In this document: in pieces, positions 41,887 to 51,570 of the stretch
How the letters are laid out: every line of letters starts with the position of its first letter
Numbering within the stretch: the first letter of the stretch is position 1
Source: Candidatus Helarchaeota ASGARD archaeon Hel_GB_B
Lineage (GTDB): Archaea; Asgardarchaeota; Lokiarchaeia; Helarchaeales; HEL-GB-B
Direction: 5' to 3'
DNA: 64,000 nt
Assembly (NCBI GenBank): GCA_005191425.1
Contig: SUPR01000002.1
Span: 2,453 to 66,452, forward strand
Notes under the pieces: generated by a model
Database searches by the model: none
What the model was told of the DNA's origin: nothing
Seen by the model: only the letters and a program-made list of their open reading frames with translations
Translations under genes and position numbers: made by a program

Positions 41887-43113
41887 TTGAATAAAAATTC
41901 ATGTGATATTATTATAATTGGAGCTGGACCTTCAGGTTGTATAGCTGCTAGAGAAATTAAAAAGTATAACAAAAAAATAAGTGTCCTAATATTAGAGGAA
42001 CATTCTAATATAGGAGAGCCAATGCAGTGTGCCGGTCTAATAAGTATTGATGGCTTCAAAAAATTAGGTATTAACCCCCCAAAAGAATGTATTTTAAATA
42101 TTATTTATGGTGCACGGTTCTATTCTCCAAGTAATAAGTCTTTTAGTATTAAAGTAGATAAACCAATGGCTTATGTTATCGATAGAAGAATTTTTGACAA
42201 ATATTTAGCAGAACAGGCTATTAAAAGTGGTGTTAAGCTAAAATTGGGCCATAAGGTGTCAAAAATAATTGTCCCGCATGAAAATGAATATGTAAAAATT
42301 CATGGAACAAAAAACAACGAAAAATTTGAAATATCGTCAAAAATTGTCCTCGATGCCGAAGGAATAAAAGGTAATATTCTTCGTCAATGTGGGTTTCAAC
42401 CACCTTCTAAAATAATTCCAGCCATTCAAATTGAGATGGAAAATATCAAAATTAATGATAAGGAAATAGTAGAATTGTATTTTGGCCGAAACATTTCTCC
42501 AGGGTTCTTTGCTTATCTTATACCTACATCTAAAAATTCTGCTCGTATTGAAGCGGCATCAAATAATGGAAATCCATATAATTATCTTGTAAAATTTTTA
42601 AAAACACACCGCGGGATAAATGAGCGCATTAAAAACGCAAATATAGTCGAAGTAATTGGCGGTGGAATAATAACTAGTGGACCAGTTAAAAAAACACATT
42701 CTAATAACATGATGTTAATTGGTGATTCTGCTGGTCATGTAAAAGCAACTACCGGTGGCGGAGTTATAATGGGTGGATTATGCTCAAAAATAGCAGCTAA
42801 AATTGCAGCCCAGTCCATATTGCAAGACAATTTTTCTTCTAAAATGATGCATCAATATGAAAAATTATGGCGGAAAAAATATGGAAACGAATTTTTTACT
42901 ATGAACATGGTCAGAACGTTAATTGATTCAATACCTGACCCAATTATTGATGAACTTTTTGATACTATTGATAAATATAAAATAACCAAAATCATCGAAT
43001 CCTATGGTGATATGGATTTCCAATCAGAGGTAATTAAAAGAGTAATATTTTCAAAAAAAATGCCTCTTCTTCTTGTTTCATTAATTTTTGGTCTGTTTAA
43101 ACACATTTTTTAG
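41887..43113 (+). CDS. Geranylgeranyl reductase family FAD-dependent oxidoreductase (digeranylgeranylglycerophospholipid reductase-like)
   Basis: N-terminal DIIIIGAGPSGCIAAREI dinucleotide motif. ~400 aa GGR-like architecture with the GD motif (LIGDSAG). Confidence 0.75.
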   Translation: MNKNSCDIIIIGAGPSGCIAAREIKKYNKKISVLILEEHSNIGEPMQCAGLISIDGFKKLGINPPKECILNIIYGARFYSPSNKSFSIKVDKPMAYVIDRRIFDKYLAEQAIKSGVKLKLGHKVSKIIVPHENEYVKIHGTKNNEKFEISSKIVLDAEGIKGNILRQCGFQPPSKIIPAIQIEMENIKINDKEIVELYFGRNISPGFFAYLIPTSKNSARIEAASNNGNPYNYLVKFLKTHRGINERIKNANIVEVIGGGIITSGPVKKTHSNNMMLIGDSAGHVKATTGGGVIMGGLCSKIAAKIAAQSILQDNFSSKMMHQYEKLWRKKYGNEFFTMNMVRTLIDSIPDPIIDELFDTIDKYKITKIIESYGDMDFQSEVIKRVIFSKKMPLLLVSLIFGLFKHIF

Positions 43114-43184
43114 CATCTATAAAAACATTAAAATTTATAAATTATAATGTGATTTATCAAAACAAAAATTGAGGTATTAATGTA

Positions 43185-43370
43185 ATGGCTGAATCAGAAC
43201 TAATCAAAACACCTATTTGCACTTGTTGTAATAGAATAATAAGCCCTAATGAAGATGCTATTAAATTTGTGTGCCCAGAATGTGGCGATATAATAATCTG
43301 GCGTTGTGAAATGTGTAGAAAATTTTCCAGACCATATAGATGCGCAAAATGTGATTTTATAGGGCCTTAA
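43185..43370 (+). CDS. Zn-ribbon protein (COG2888-type predicted translation-associated Zn-ribbon RNA-binding protein) upstream of aEF-1beta
   Basis: Four CxxC pairs (CTCC...CPEC...CEMC...CAKC). The conserved gene order with EF-1beta in archaea supports the call. Confidence 0.5.
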   Translation: MAESELIKTPICTCCNRIISPNEDAIKFVCPECGDIIIWRCEMCRKFSRPYRCAKCDFIGP

Positions 43371-43414
43371 ATCTTGTTTTAAAATTAAATACAAATTTGT
43401 AGGTGGATCTTTAG

Positions 43415-43687
43415 ATGAGTAAAAAAGTAATGGTACAATTAAAAGTCCTTCCCGAAGATATAGACACTGATTTAGAGGAATTATTGAAAAAGATTGGGAC
43501 AATCCTTCCCGAAGATATTGGTATCTACAAATATGATATTCAACCAGTTGCATTTGGGCTAAAAGTCCTAAAACTTACTGTATTTATGCCAGAGAATAAA
43601 GAGGGTGGACCTGACTCTGCAGTAGAATTAATTGAAAAATTAGAGGACGTCCAGAGAGTAGAAATAGGACTTGTAAGCTTAATTTAA
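43415..43687 (+). CDS. ef1b: Elongation factor 1-beta (aEF-1B)
   Basis: ~90 aa. The pattern MSKKVMVQLKVLPEDIDTDLEEL...VAFGLKVLKLTVFMPE is typical of aEF-1beta. Confidence 0.8.
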   Translation: MSKKVMVQLKVLPEDIDTDLEELLKKIGTILPEDIGIYKYDIQPVAFGLKVLKLTVFMPENKEGGPDSAVELIEKLEDVQRVEIGLVSLI

Positions 43688-43716
43688 CCTATGTATTTAT
43701 TTTAATAATTTGAAAA

Positions 43717-44973
43717 TTAAATTATATTTTTAATAAAAGTTATCTCTCTTCTATCTAATTCATAAAATTTTTTTAAATATTCGCTTTGGGGAGATCTCTT
43801 CTTAAGAATTAAGGCAATAAATGGAAGATGTTTTGTGATAATTTCCTCAGGACTACTCTTTAACTTCTTTCTAATTTTATTTACAATGTTCATTAATTCC
43901 CCTGATCTTGATGCATACATTTTATTTAAGAAATTACTGGGCGAATACCTAAAATATTGAACAAAATGGGACTTATTCTCGTTTTTAATTGGTAGTGAAA
44001 CGCCTGAAGAAATTATATCTATAAAATATGGTAGCATTGACCATGATATTTTCTCTGGATTGCTTGCAATTGCGTTATAAATTAAATCAGCTTTTGATAA
44101 TGCTTTATATGACTTAAATAGCGTTCGCGAGGAAACTTTATGATATGGGAGAATTTCATTTACCCAATGTAAAAGTAGTCCCCAATCAATGTCTAGCATT
44201 GAAACTGCTCTATTACATGTTTGAATATCTTTATTTTTAAATATTATATTTAAAACTTCAAATATATTTTTCTCAGTATCTCTTACTTGCTGAATCTTTC
44301 TTACATCTGACAATGTTAATTTTTTCTTACCTTCACAAACTGCTTGGAGGTCATTTATTGCAGACCGCAAATCATTATTTACATTAATTGCAATTTCAGT
44401 AAGCGCTTTTGGATCGGCTTGTATTTTTTCGGCAATGCAAATTTTCTGAAGTACCTTTACTATAGTTGGATTTTTTATTTTTTGAAATTTTACGATTTTT
44501 ATCCCGCTTCTTTTATCTCTTAATGACCTGAACTTTTTGTCATGTACATTGTTAGCTGTAAAAATAATTGGAAATTTCGATAATTTAACCATCTTTAACA
44601 TGGCTGATAATCCCCCCCTATCTTGATTCCCACTTAATCCATCAACCTCATCTATTAAATATAATTTATTTACTCCCTTTTTAATAGTCCGTGTAGCCAG
44701 ACTTGGAATAAGTTTTTCTTCAATGCTTTTTTTATTTCTAACATCACTAGCATTTATTTCAATAACATCAAACCTATTAAGCTTAGCTAATACATTAGTA
44801 GATGAGGTCTTTCCACATCCCGGAGGTCCTAATAATAATAGTGCTTTAATTTCGTTTTTACTTGACCATTTTGTTAAAAATTCTTTTATAACCTTAACAG
44901 CATTAGGATTTCCTACTATATCTGATTCTTTTTTGGGTGCATATTTTATTGTCCATAATTCCTTTTCAAGCAT
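43717..44973 (-). CDS. rfcL: Replication factor C large subunit
   Basis: AAA+ Walker [13 protein letters not shown], Walker B YLIDEVDG. ~418 aa. Immediately downstream of the RFC small subunit gene. Confidence 0.85.
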   Translation of the reverse strand: MLEKELWTIKYAPKKESDIVGNPNAVKVIKEFLTKWSSKNEIKALLLLGPPGCGKTSSTNVLAKLNRFDVIEINASDVRNKKSIEEKLIPSLATRTIKKGVNKLYLIDEVDGLSGNQDRGGLSAMLKMVKLSKFPIIFTANNVHDKKFRSLRDKRSGIKIVKFQKIKNPTIVKVLQKICIAEKIQADPKALTEIAINVNNDLRSAINDLQAVCEGKKKLTLSDVRKIQQVRDTEKNIFEVLNIIFKNKDIQTCNRAVSMLDIDWGLLLHWVNEILPYHKVSSRTLFKSYKALSKADLIYNAIASNPEKISWSMLPYFIDIISSGVSLPIKNENKSHFVQYFRYSPSNFLNKMYASRSGELMNIVNKIRKKLKSSPEEIITKHLPFIALILKKRSPQSEYLKKFYELDRREITFIKNII

Positions 44974-44988
44974 TATAATTATCGCCTT

Positions 44989-46050
44989 TTAATCTTTAAT
45001 TCCAAGAGTAGCAAGATATGTTAAGAAAAATGAAAGTTGTAATTCATTATTAGATGGAACGCTAATATATGAATCGAATTTTGATATTTCTATAGAAATT
45101 TTCTTCTTTAATTCTTCTGTAATAGTTGATTCCATTAAAAATTTATTAAAAGCTTTTAATATCATTTTTCCTGATAAACTTTTTTTAATAAATAGATTTC
45201 TTAAAAAATTCCGCGCATCAACTATATTACCACTTATAGCTAATTTTAGACATTCCCCAATTTCTTTAATTTCTAGTTTCTTTATCATTTCATATATAAA
45301 ATTTTCTGTAATTTTTTTCTTATAACAACTTGCTGCTTCTAATATATTAATTGCAATATTCATATCATTATTAGAATAATAATAAATCAATTTTAAAGCA
45401 TTTTCAGTGATATTAATTTCCTCTGATTCGCATATATATTTAATTTTACTTAAAAATTGTTTTTGACTTAATGGAAATAATTTTAAATTTACACATCTCG
45501 ACCTAATTGGGTCTATTATATTTGAAACTGAATTTGCCACCAATATAAATCTACATATCCTACTATATTTTTCCATAGTCCTCCTTAATGCCTGCTGTAT
45601 TATTCTTTCTAATTTATCCGCTTCATAGATGATCAAGATTTTGTGGTCAGCAGAATCTAACGTTTTAGTTTTTGGATAGTTTCTGATAATTGTAAATAAT
45701 ATATCTATTCTACTTGGACTTTTAGACTTGCCGTGTCTTTTTAGACTTATTTTGCTAGCCTCTACCCAATATGGCATGTATTCATAGTAGAAATTCTTAC
45801 TATCTGAAGCAAAAATCTCTTCAATATTCGCTTTATATGTTGTTCCATATAAGTCATGCACCAAACTTGATACTATTGAGGTCTTTCCTTTAGGATGAAA
45901 ATAACCTACATTTCAAATTCCCGGAGGACCATATAACAACAAGTTCGGTAAATTTCCGCTTTTTACATATTTTTTAATCTGATTTATTATATGTTCTTGT
46001 CCTATAATATTTTCTAATGTATCTGGACGGTATTTTTCTATCCATGACAT
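44989..46050 (-). CDS. rfcS: Replication factor C small subunit; the reading frame is interrupted by an in-frame TGA within a 27-nt insertion in the Walker-A codons
   Basis: Minus-strand translation from ATG at 46048-46050 gives [68 protein letters not shown]... and continues into the 291-aa track ORF (DEAD-like IIYEAD Walker B, SRC motif). Confidence 0.8.
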
Positions 46051-46457
46051 TTTTTTTACCAAATATATTTATACCTATTTCATTATAAAAAATTATTAAA
46101 TTATAAAATTTAAATTATCTCCAGTTAAAATAATTTATTTTAAGATTCCTTTACTTACTAAATTTGATTTGATTATTTATTCGTATAAAAATATTTTTTC
46201 TTGGTTAAATATGTCCTTTAAATAAATTTTTTCTTGAATTATCAATCTTAAATTTTAGCGATCATTATAATTTATGTGTTTAAAAGTTCTTTTTCTTTTA
46301 CTCCATTAAATTTGTAGTTATAATTAAATTTAAAAATGATAAAAAGAGAAATTTATAAATATTTTATTGTCAATTATGATACGAAATAATAAGGACATTT
46401 TTCACATCATTTTAATTTATAATGATTTAATTAGTAATCTGAGAGGCGAAAAAAAAT

Positions 46458-47504
46458 ATGAGCGAAGCCTTGAAAAATTTTAGAGAATTTCGCGGAGTAT
46501 GGATTGCGAGAATAGCTTCAATTCCGACTTTATGCTTTTCATTTTTAGTTTTAATTTTAGGTCCCGCAGGAATAGCAAATGGCTATGTTGGTGGGATCGA
46601 ATGGGCTACCCAGTACTCTCACAACTTTGTTCTTGGTGATAATATTGTCCATAATTTATCTTTTGCATATTTAATTTCAGTTGGTATTATAATCTGTGGT
46701 CTGATTGCATTTATTGTTCCATGGTTCAGAGGAAAAACTGGTCTAAGAATTAGCGGATTTATTACTGGATTTATTTCTATCATATTAATTATTTTATACA
46801 TTTTATATTTATCTTTTATAAATCAAGTAAATTTTGCGGTTCGAAATGACCCTGACGCAGGGGCTACAATTATTAATGCATATAGCATTAGTGGTTTGAT
46901 ATGGAATATTGTTTATGGATTATGGATTACTGGCTTAACTTTTTCGTTTTTATTTTTTATTAGCGCAGGATATTTAATAAATGCCAGTCCTATTCCATTT
47001 GCAAAATTTAGAGCCAAAAGAATGAAAATATTGACAAGAGCAGATGCAGCGGAACGAGCTGGAAAACCAAAAGAAGCTATTACTCTTTATAAAATTGCAG
47101 GGGATTTATCTATGAAACTCAGGGAAGAAGATAAAGCGACAGAATATTATCAGAAATCTAGGGAGATCGAAGAAACTGAAATTATCGCAGTTTTAGAACG
47201 TGAAGAAGAGATAAAAAGAAAAGAACTTGCAGAACGAAGAGCAAAATTAGAAGAAGAAAGAAAAGAAATTCTGGTTAGAGCAGATCAAGCAGAAGAAAAA
47301 AAGCAGTATTTGCGAGCGTCCACACTTTATCGTGATGCTGCCGAAAAAAGTGTTGATTTAGGTGAAAAAAAGTTAGCAGCTCAATTTACAGCTAAAGCAA
47401 AAGAACTAAAAAGAAAAGCAATGAAAATTAAGAAAGAAAAAGAAAAAGCAGAAAAGGAAGAAAAAGCAGAAAAAGAAGAAAAAGCAGAAAAAGAATCAGA
47501 ATAA
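46458..47504 (+). CDS. Hypothetical membrane protein with a C-terminal highly charged coiled-coil tail ending in EKAEKEEK repeats
   Basis: The N-terminal half has ~4 TM helices. The C-terminal half is K/E/R-rich helical with an 18-bp x3 tandem repeat. Confidence 0.3.
   Translation: MSEALKNFREFRGVWIARIASIPTLCFSFLVLILGPAGIANGYVGGIEWATQYSHNFVLGDNIVHNLSFAYLISVGIIICGLIAFIVPWFRGKTGLRISGFITGFISIILIILYILYLSFINQVNFAVRNDPDAGATIINAYSISGLIWNIVYGLWITGLTFSFLFFISAGYLINASPIPFAKFRAKRMKILTRADAAERAGKPKEAITLYKIAGDLSMKLREEDKATEYYQKSREIEETEIIAVLEREEEIKRKELAERRAKLEEERKEILVRADQAEEKKQYLRASTLYRDAAEKSVDLGEKKLAAQFTAKAKELKRKAMKIKKEKEKAEKEEKAEKEEKAEKESE
47448..47501 (+). repeat. 18-bp tandem repeat x3 (GCAGAAAAAGAAGAAAAA-like) encoding EKAEKEEK units at the end of the CDS
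   Basis: Direct visual repeat in the sequence. Confidence 0.6.
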
Positions 47505-47582
47505 AAAGTAAATTGGTAATTCAATTTTCTTTAATTCACATCTTTTATTTTATTTGGATTTTATGTAAAATTTCTATTTTTG

Positions 47583-48944
47583 TTAATAATTTAGTGGATC
47601 TGTTTTCATAAATTCTCGTAATAAAATAGTTGCATATGTTCCTTTTTGAATTGAAAAACTTGTTAAGATATTAATCAGATCATTTTTGTTATCTGAATTA
47701 TTTAACAATTTAAATTTCAATGCTTTTGGAAATACCAAAAATGGCCTATATACCCCCTTAATTATTATTTCATAGTTACTCCATGATAAAAGCTCATCAA
47801 TCTTAACTTTCTCTCTTAGTATAATTTTTTTAACATATTTATTATTCATTATTATATTGAGAAATGGTAAGTTCTTTCCCAGTAATGGAATTCCTAATAC
47901 GGCTTTTTTCTTTTTAATTAAATTATTCAATATGTCAAGATTTCTATTATCAACTATTACGATTTTATTGCTTGGAAGTTTTAAGTTATCCAATATGATA
48001 ACACTATCTCCAATTTCTATTTTTTTACCAATATCCTTAACCCTAGAACTTAACATTTTATTAAATAAATATCCTTGATAAGCATGGACAAACAATTCAA
48101 TTAAATTTCTGCCAAATACGGACAACATTATATTTTCATAATCAAGGTTTGTCTCTATTATTTTTTTAATAATTTCTTTTTCATAATCAAATTTTTGAGG
48201 CAAATAATTTAATATTTTTATATCTATATTCGGCCAGTCTTTATTAATCGATTTTCTAATTTTCTCTGTCTGAATATCTTCATATTTTGATCTTATTGTC
48301 AAATATTTTTTTAAGGCTGTTTCATAATTGTTCATGATTATTTCTTTACCAATTAAATGTGAAATTTGTCTTATTGTGCCAAAACGTTGATATCCAAAAT
48401 AATTTAATAGACCATCTTTATTGACCTGCCCTTGAATTGAGAAAATCACTTTTTTGCATTTATTCCATGGTAAATGAACATTTCTTATAATTATTTCAAA
48501 ATGATTCCCCCAGTGTTCATTCTCCCAAAAATCTTTTTCTTTTTTAAAATTAAATAAAATTAAATTATCGTCTTGAAAATCTGTCAATAAATGTAAAGAA
48601 TTGCATTTAACACAAATTTTTTGGACTGAAATTCCCCGTTTATCTTTCAACCCATTATAATAAAAATTATTTATATCTATACCCGTTTTTAACGAAATTC
48701 TTTTAATGGCTTCAAATGTTGACAACCCACATTTTTGTAAATTAAAGCTAATAAATTCTAATTTCTTATCGAATAAATATGAATAATCCTTATGACCTCT
48801 AAAAAATTCTAACCTTTTATTATTAATTTCGATTTCAGAAACCTTGAAATCAGAATTTTTTATTCTTAAATTTCCACCAATTCCTTTTCCCTTTGTAGAA
48901 TATACTTCTAATCCAATCTGTTTGTCAATTTTGAAAATTTTCAT
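47583..48944 (-). CDS. truD: tRNA pseudouridine synthase TruD/Pus7 family
   Basis: NGLKDKRGISVQKI matches the TruD G-x-KDK-x-A/G-x-T/S-x-Q catalytic motif region. Archaeal Pus7-like length. Confidence 0.7.
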   Translation of the reverse strand: MKIFKIDKQIGLEVYSTKGKGIGGNLRIKNSDFKVSEIEINNKRLEFFRGHKDYSYLFDKKLEFISFNLQKCGLSTFEAIKRISLKTGIDINNFYYNGLKDKRGISVQKICVKCNSLHLLTDFQDDNLILFNFKKEKDFWENEHWGNHFEIIIRNVHLPWNKCKKVIFSIQGQVNKDGLLNYFGYQRFGTIRQISHLIGKEIIMNNYETALKKYLTIRSKYEDIQTEKIRKSINKDWPNIDIKILNYLPQKFDYEKEIIKKIIETNLDYENIMLSVFGRNLIELFVHAYQGYLFNKMLSSRVKDIGKKIEIGDSVIILDNLKLPSNKIVIVDNRNLDILNNLIKKKKAVLGIPLLGKNLPFLNIIMNNKYVKKIILREKVKIDELLSWSNYEIIIKGVYRPFLVFPKALKFKLLNNSDNKNDLINILTSFSIQKGTYATILLREFMKTDPLNY

Positions 48945-49002
48945 TGATATCCGTTATACCTTTCTTATTTTTTAGTGTTCAAAAAAATTAATAACATACA
49001 AT

Positions 49003-49431
49003 TTGAATTTTATATTCCTTATTAATGATTATACTCATATAAAAAAAGTCATAATGAACAAAATGGTTAATGAAATTTTTAAATTTAAACAAGTAATAAT
49101 CGTTAGGACTGACTTGCCAATGAAAAAGGGAAAAATTGCAGCTCAAGTCGCACATGCTGCAGTTTCTGCTATGCTACAAACTAAAAAAATCAAAAATAAA
49201 TGGGTAAAGCGATGGCTAGATGAGGGGCAAAAAAAAGTAATTTTAAAAGTCAAATCTGAAGAGGAAATTCTTGAAATAAAAAATTTGATTAATGACAAAA
49301 ATTTACCTTTTGCATTAATTCGCGATAAAGGTCTTACACAAATCCCTCCAGGAAGTATTACGGCTTTAGGAATTGGTCCTTGTCCAAATGAATTAATTGA
49401 CCCAATAACTAGAAAATTGCCATTATTATAG
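49003..49431 (+). CDS. pth2: Peptidyl-tRNA hydrolase, archaeal type (Pth2); the true start is probably an internal Met (~49066)
   Basis: QVIIVRTDLPMKKGKIAAQVAHAAV is the Pth2 signature. Confidence 0.8.
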   Translation: MNFIFLINDYTHIKKVIMNKMVNEIFKFKQVIIVRTDLPMKKGKIAAQVAHAAVSAMLQTKKIKNKWVKRWLDEGQKKVILKVKSEEEILEIKNLINDKNLPFALIRDKGLTQIPPGSITALGIGPCPNELIDPITRKLPLL

Positions 49432-49446
49432 TGAAGTGAAACAAAA

Positions 49447-49929
49447 TTGAGCAATAAAAAGATATTAATAATGGGAGTTGGAAATCACATCCTTACTGAT
49501 GATGGATTTGGAGTTCATGTAGCTAATCAACTACTAAAACTACAAGATAACGGCAAAATTGATAGTTCAATTGAAATTATTGATGGTGGTGCAGCGGGTA
49601 TTGACATCTTATATTACCTGGAAAATCAAGATATTGCTATCTTCATTGATTCAATAATTGGTGGAAAAGAACCAGGATATGTTTATAACATAACATTAGA
49701 TGATTTGAAAATTTTCAAGGAAGTAAAAGTAACCAGTTTGCATGATTTAGAATTAACTTCTGTTCTAAAAATAGCAAAAGAAGTTAATAAATTACCAAAA
49801 AAAATCTATTTAATTGGCATTGAACCATTAGACTATACAAAAATTTCAATGGAATTAACTCCAAAAATTAAAGAGAAAATACCTAAAGTAATTGAAATTA
49901 TATTGGATATTATTCAGAAACAATCCTAA
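49447..49929 (+). CDS. Hydrogenase maturation protease (HycI/HyaD family)
   Basis: ILIMGVGNHILTDDGFGVHV and IIDGGAAG motifs. ~160 aa. Confidence 0.75.
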   Translation: MSNKKILIMGVGNHILTDDGFGVHVANQLLKLQDNGKIDSSIEIIDGGAAGIDILYYLENQDIAIFIDSIIGGKEPGYVYNITLDDLKIFKEVKVTSLHDLELTSVLKIAKEVNKLPKKIYLIGIEPLDYTKISMELTPKIKEKIPKVIEIILDIIQKQS

Positions 49930-50419
49930 TATGTGTTCCAGTTAATGAATATATAATGTCCTCTAAGATATTAATATCAATAGGGATTCTATTAATATCT
50001 TTTTCCGATACTCTTGCTTTATTTTCAATTTCTCCGGTAGGTAAATATATTTGATTAATTCCTAAAACAGGGATCGGGGCTATTAAATCTTCAAGAATCT
50101 TTTTAGGACTTTTTGATTTTTCTATTACTCTAAAATTTTTATTAAATTTCTCTTGTAAAATTTTTTTTGTCTTTCCATAATTACCTATAATGTGATTTAT
50201 TTCTCCTTTTCCTACTATCAAGATTACGAGGTCTTCCTTTTCAATAGCTTTATAAAAGCTGACCCTCTTCAAAGCAGGAAATTGCTTTTCAAGGTCTAGT
50301 AATGTCCGGGATAAATCAATTTCTAATTGTGTTACTTCTCCATTTCTTAATTTAGTTTCACACGATGAACATAGTACGCCTGTCTTAGCACATACCTTAC
50401 AAATCGGTATTTTTCGCAT
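49910..50419 (-). CDS. Predicted RNA-binding protein: N-terminal Zn-ribbon plus KH-like domain(s)
   Basis: CKVC...CSSC zinc ribbon. GKGEINHIIGNYGKTKKI resembles a KH GxxG loop. Confidence 0.35.
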   Translation of the reverse strand: MRKIPICKVCAKTGVLCSSCETKLRNGEVTQLEIDLSRTLLDLEKQFPALKRVSFYKAIEKEDLVILIVGKGEINHIIGNYGKTKKILQEKFNKNFRVIEKSKSPKKILEDLIAPIPVLGINQIYLPTGEIENKARVSEKDINRIPIDINILEDIIYSLTGTHIRIVSE

Positions 50420-50957
50420 TATTTATTTTCTCCATATTACTTGAAGCTATTTTTAATTTCATTATTAATTAAATTAAATTTGAATTATAATAACTATTTA
50501 TTAAAATTAAATTCTTATTATTATTTCAAAATAAAGTATTTCAATTTTTTTCATTATAATATCTTTTAATAATTTTAATGTCAATTAAATTTTCAGATTA
50601 ATTAAAATAAAAGGTACCAAATTATAACTAAATTGAAATAATTAAAGGGAAATTACCAAACATTCTAAAGAAATTTAAGATTATTTTTATTATTAAATAG
50701 ATATATTTTTTAAATTATAAAGTATTCCATTTAATAAATATTTTAAATAATTATTTCATTATGAAATTTCGAGATTAATTATAAAAAATAAAAAATTTCA
50801 TTTAATTTCTTTATGTTTTTCCTTAATTTCAACTTAAATTAAAATATCTATTGATATCTTTACAAATTTTCATTTTTTCGATAAACTTTATTAATTTATT
50901 TAATCTTATTCCGAATTGAATGAAAAAAATTTCATTAAATAAAAATGGTATTTTATA

Positions 50958-51482
50958 ATGCGCTCAAGAAAAAGTATTAAATTGGAAAGAGATATTTCAA
51001 ATTGGCTTAAGGATATTCAAGAGATAAAAGAAATTTTTCAAAAAAAATCAAAAACGATCATTGAATATATTGAGCGAATAGTTGATTTAAATAAAAATAA
51101 AGATGAAAAGATTTTTCTAATGACTGGTCTAGAAGATGCGATCTACGTTCTCGAAAATAAAACATTTGAAAAGTTAAATAACATTTTAGAAGATATACTT
51201 GGAAATGAACTTGATGAAAATAAAGAAATTATAAAAATGTTCAATTATTTAAAAAATTTCAAGAATGAATTAGCATCTATTCAGATATCGACAAAAAACT
51301 TCCTAAAAATCTATAATTTAAACAATGATAATACTGAAATCTTATCCAATTTCATTTCAAGTATTAAAAAATCAAAGGATAGTTATGAAACAATTTTATC
51401 ACAAATGAATGAATCATTTTCTAATGTAATAAATTATCTAAACAAACAATATCAATTTTCTCGTCAAGTTGACATAATTTAA
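50958..51482 (+). CDS. Hypothetical protein (174 aa), helical
   Basis: Supported by the ORF only. Confidence 0.2.
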   Translation: MRSRKSIKLERDISNWLKDIQEIKEIFQKKSKTIIEYIERIVDLNKNKDEKIFLMTGLEDAIYVLENKTFEKLNNILEDILGNELDENKEIIKMFNYLKNFKNELASIQISTKNFLKIYNLNNDNTEILSNFISSIKKSKDSYETILSQMNESFSNVINYLNKQYQFSRQVDII

Positions 51483-51570
51483 TCTTTTAATTTTTTATTT
51501 CATTTAGTAATTAAATTCAATTTTTAATTATAAAATTATTTTAAATATTTACTATTATAAATAATAGATA

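Noticed and set aside
45913-45915. Genome-wide reassignment of TGA as a sense codon
   Set aside because: All other long conserved genes in the window are free of internal TGA and mostly terminate with TAA. The single in-frame TGA in rfcS is treated as a local anomaly.
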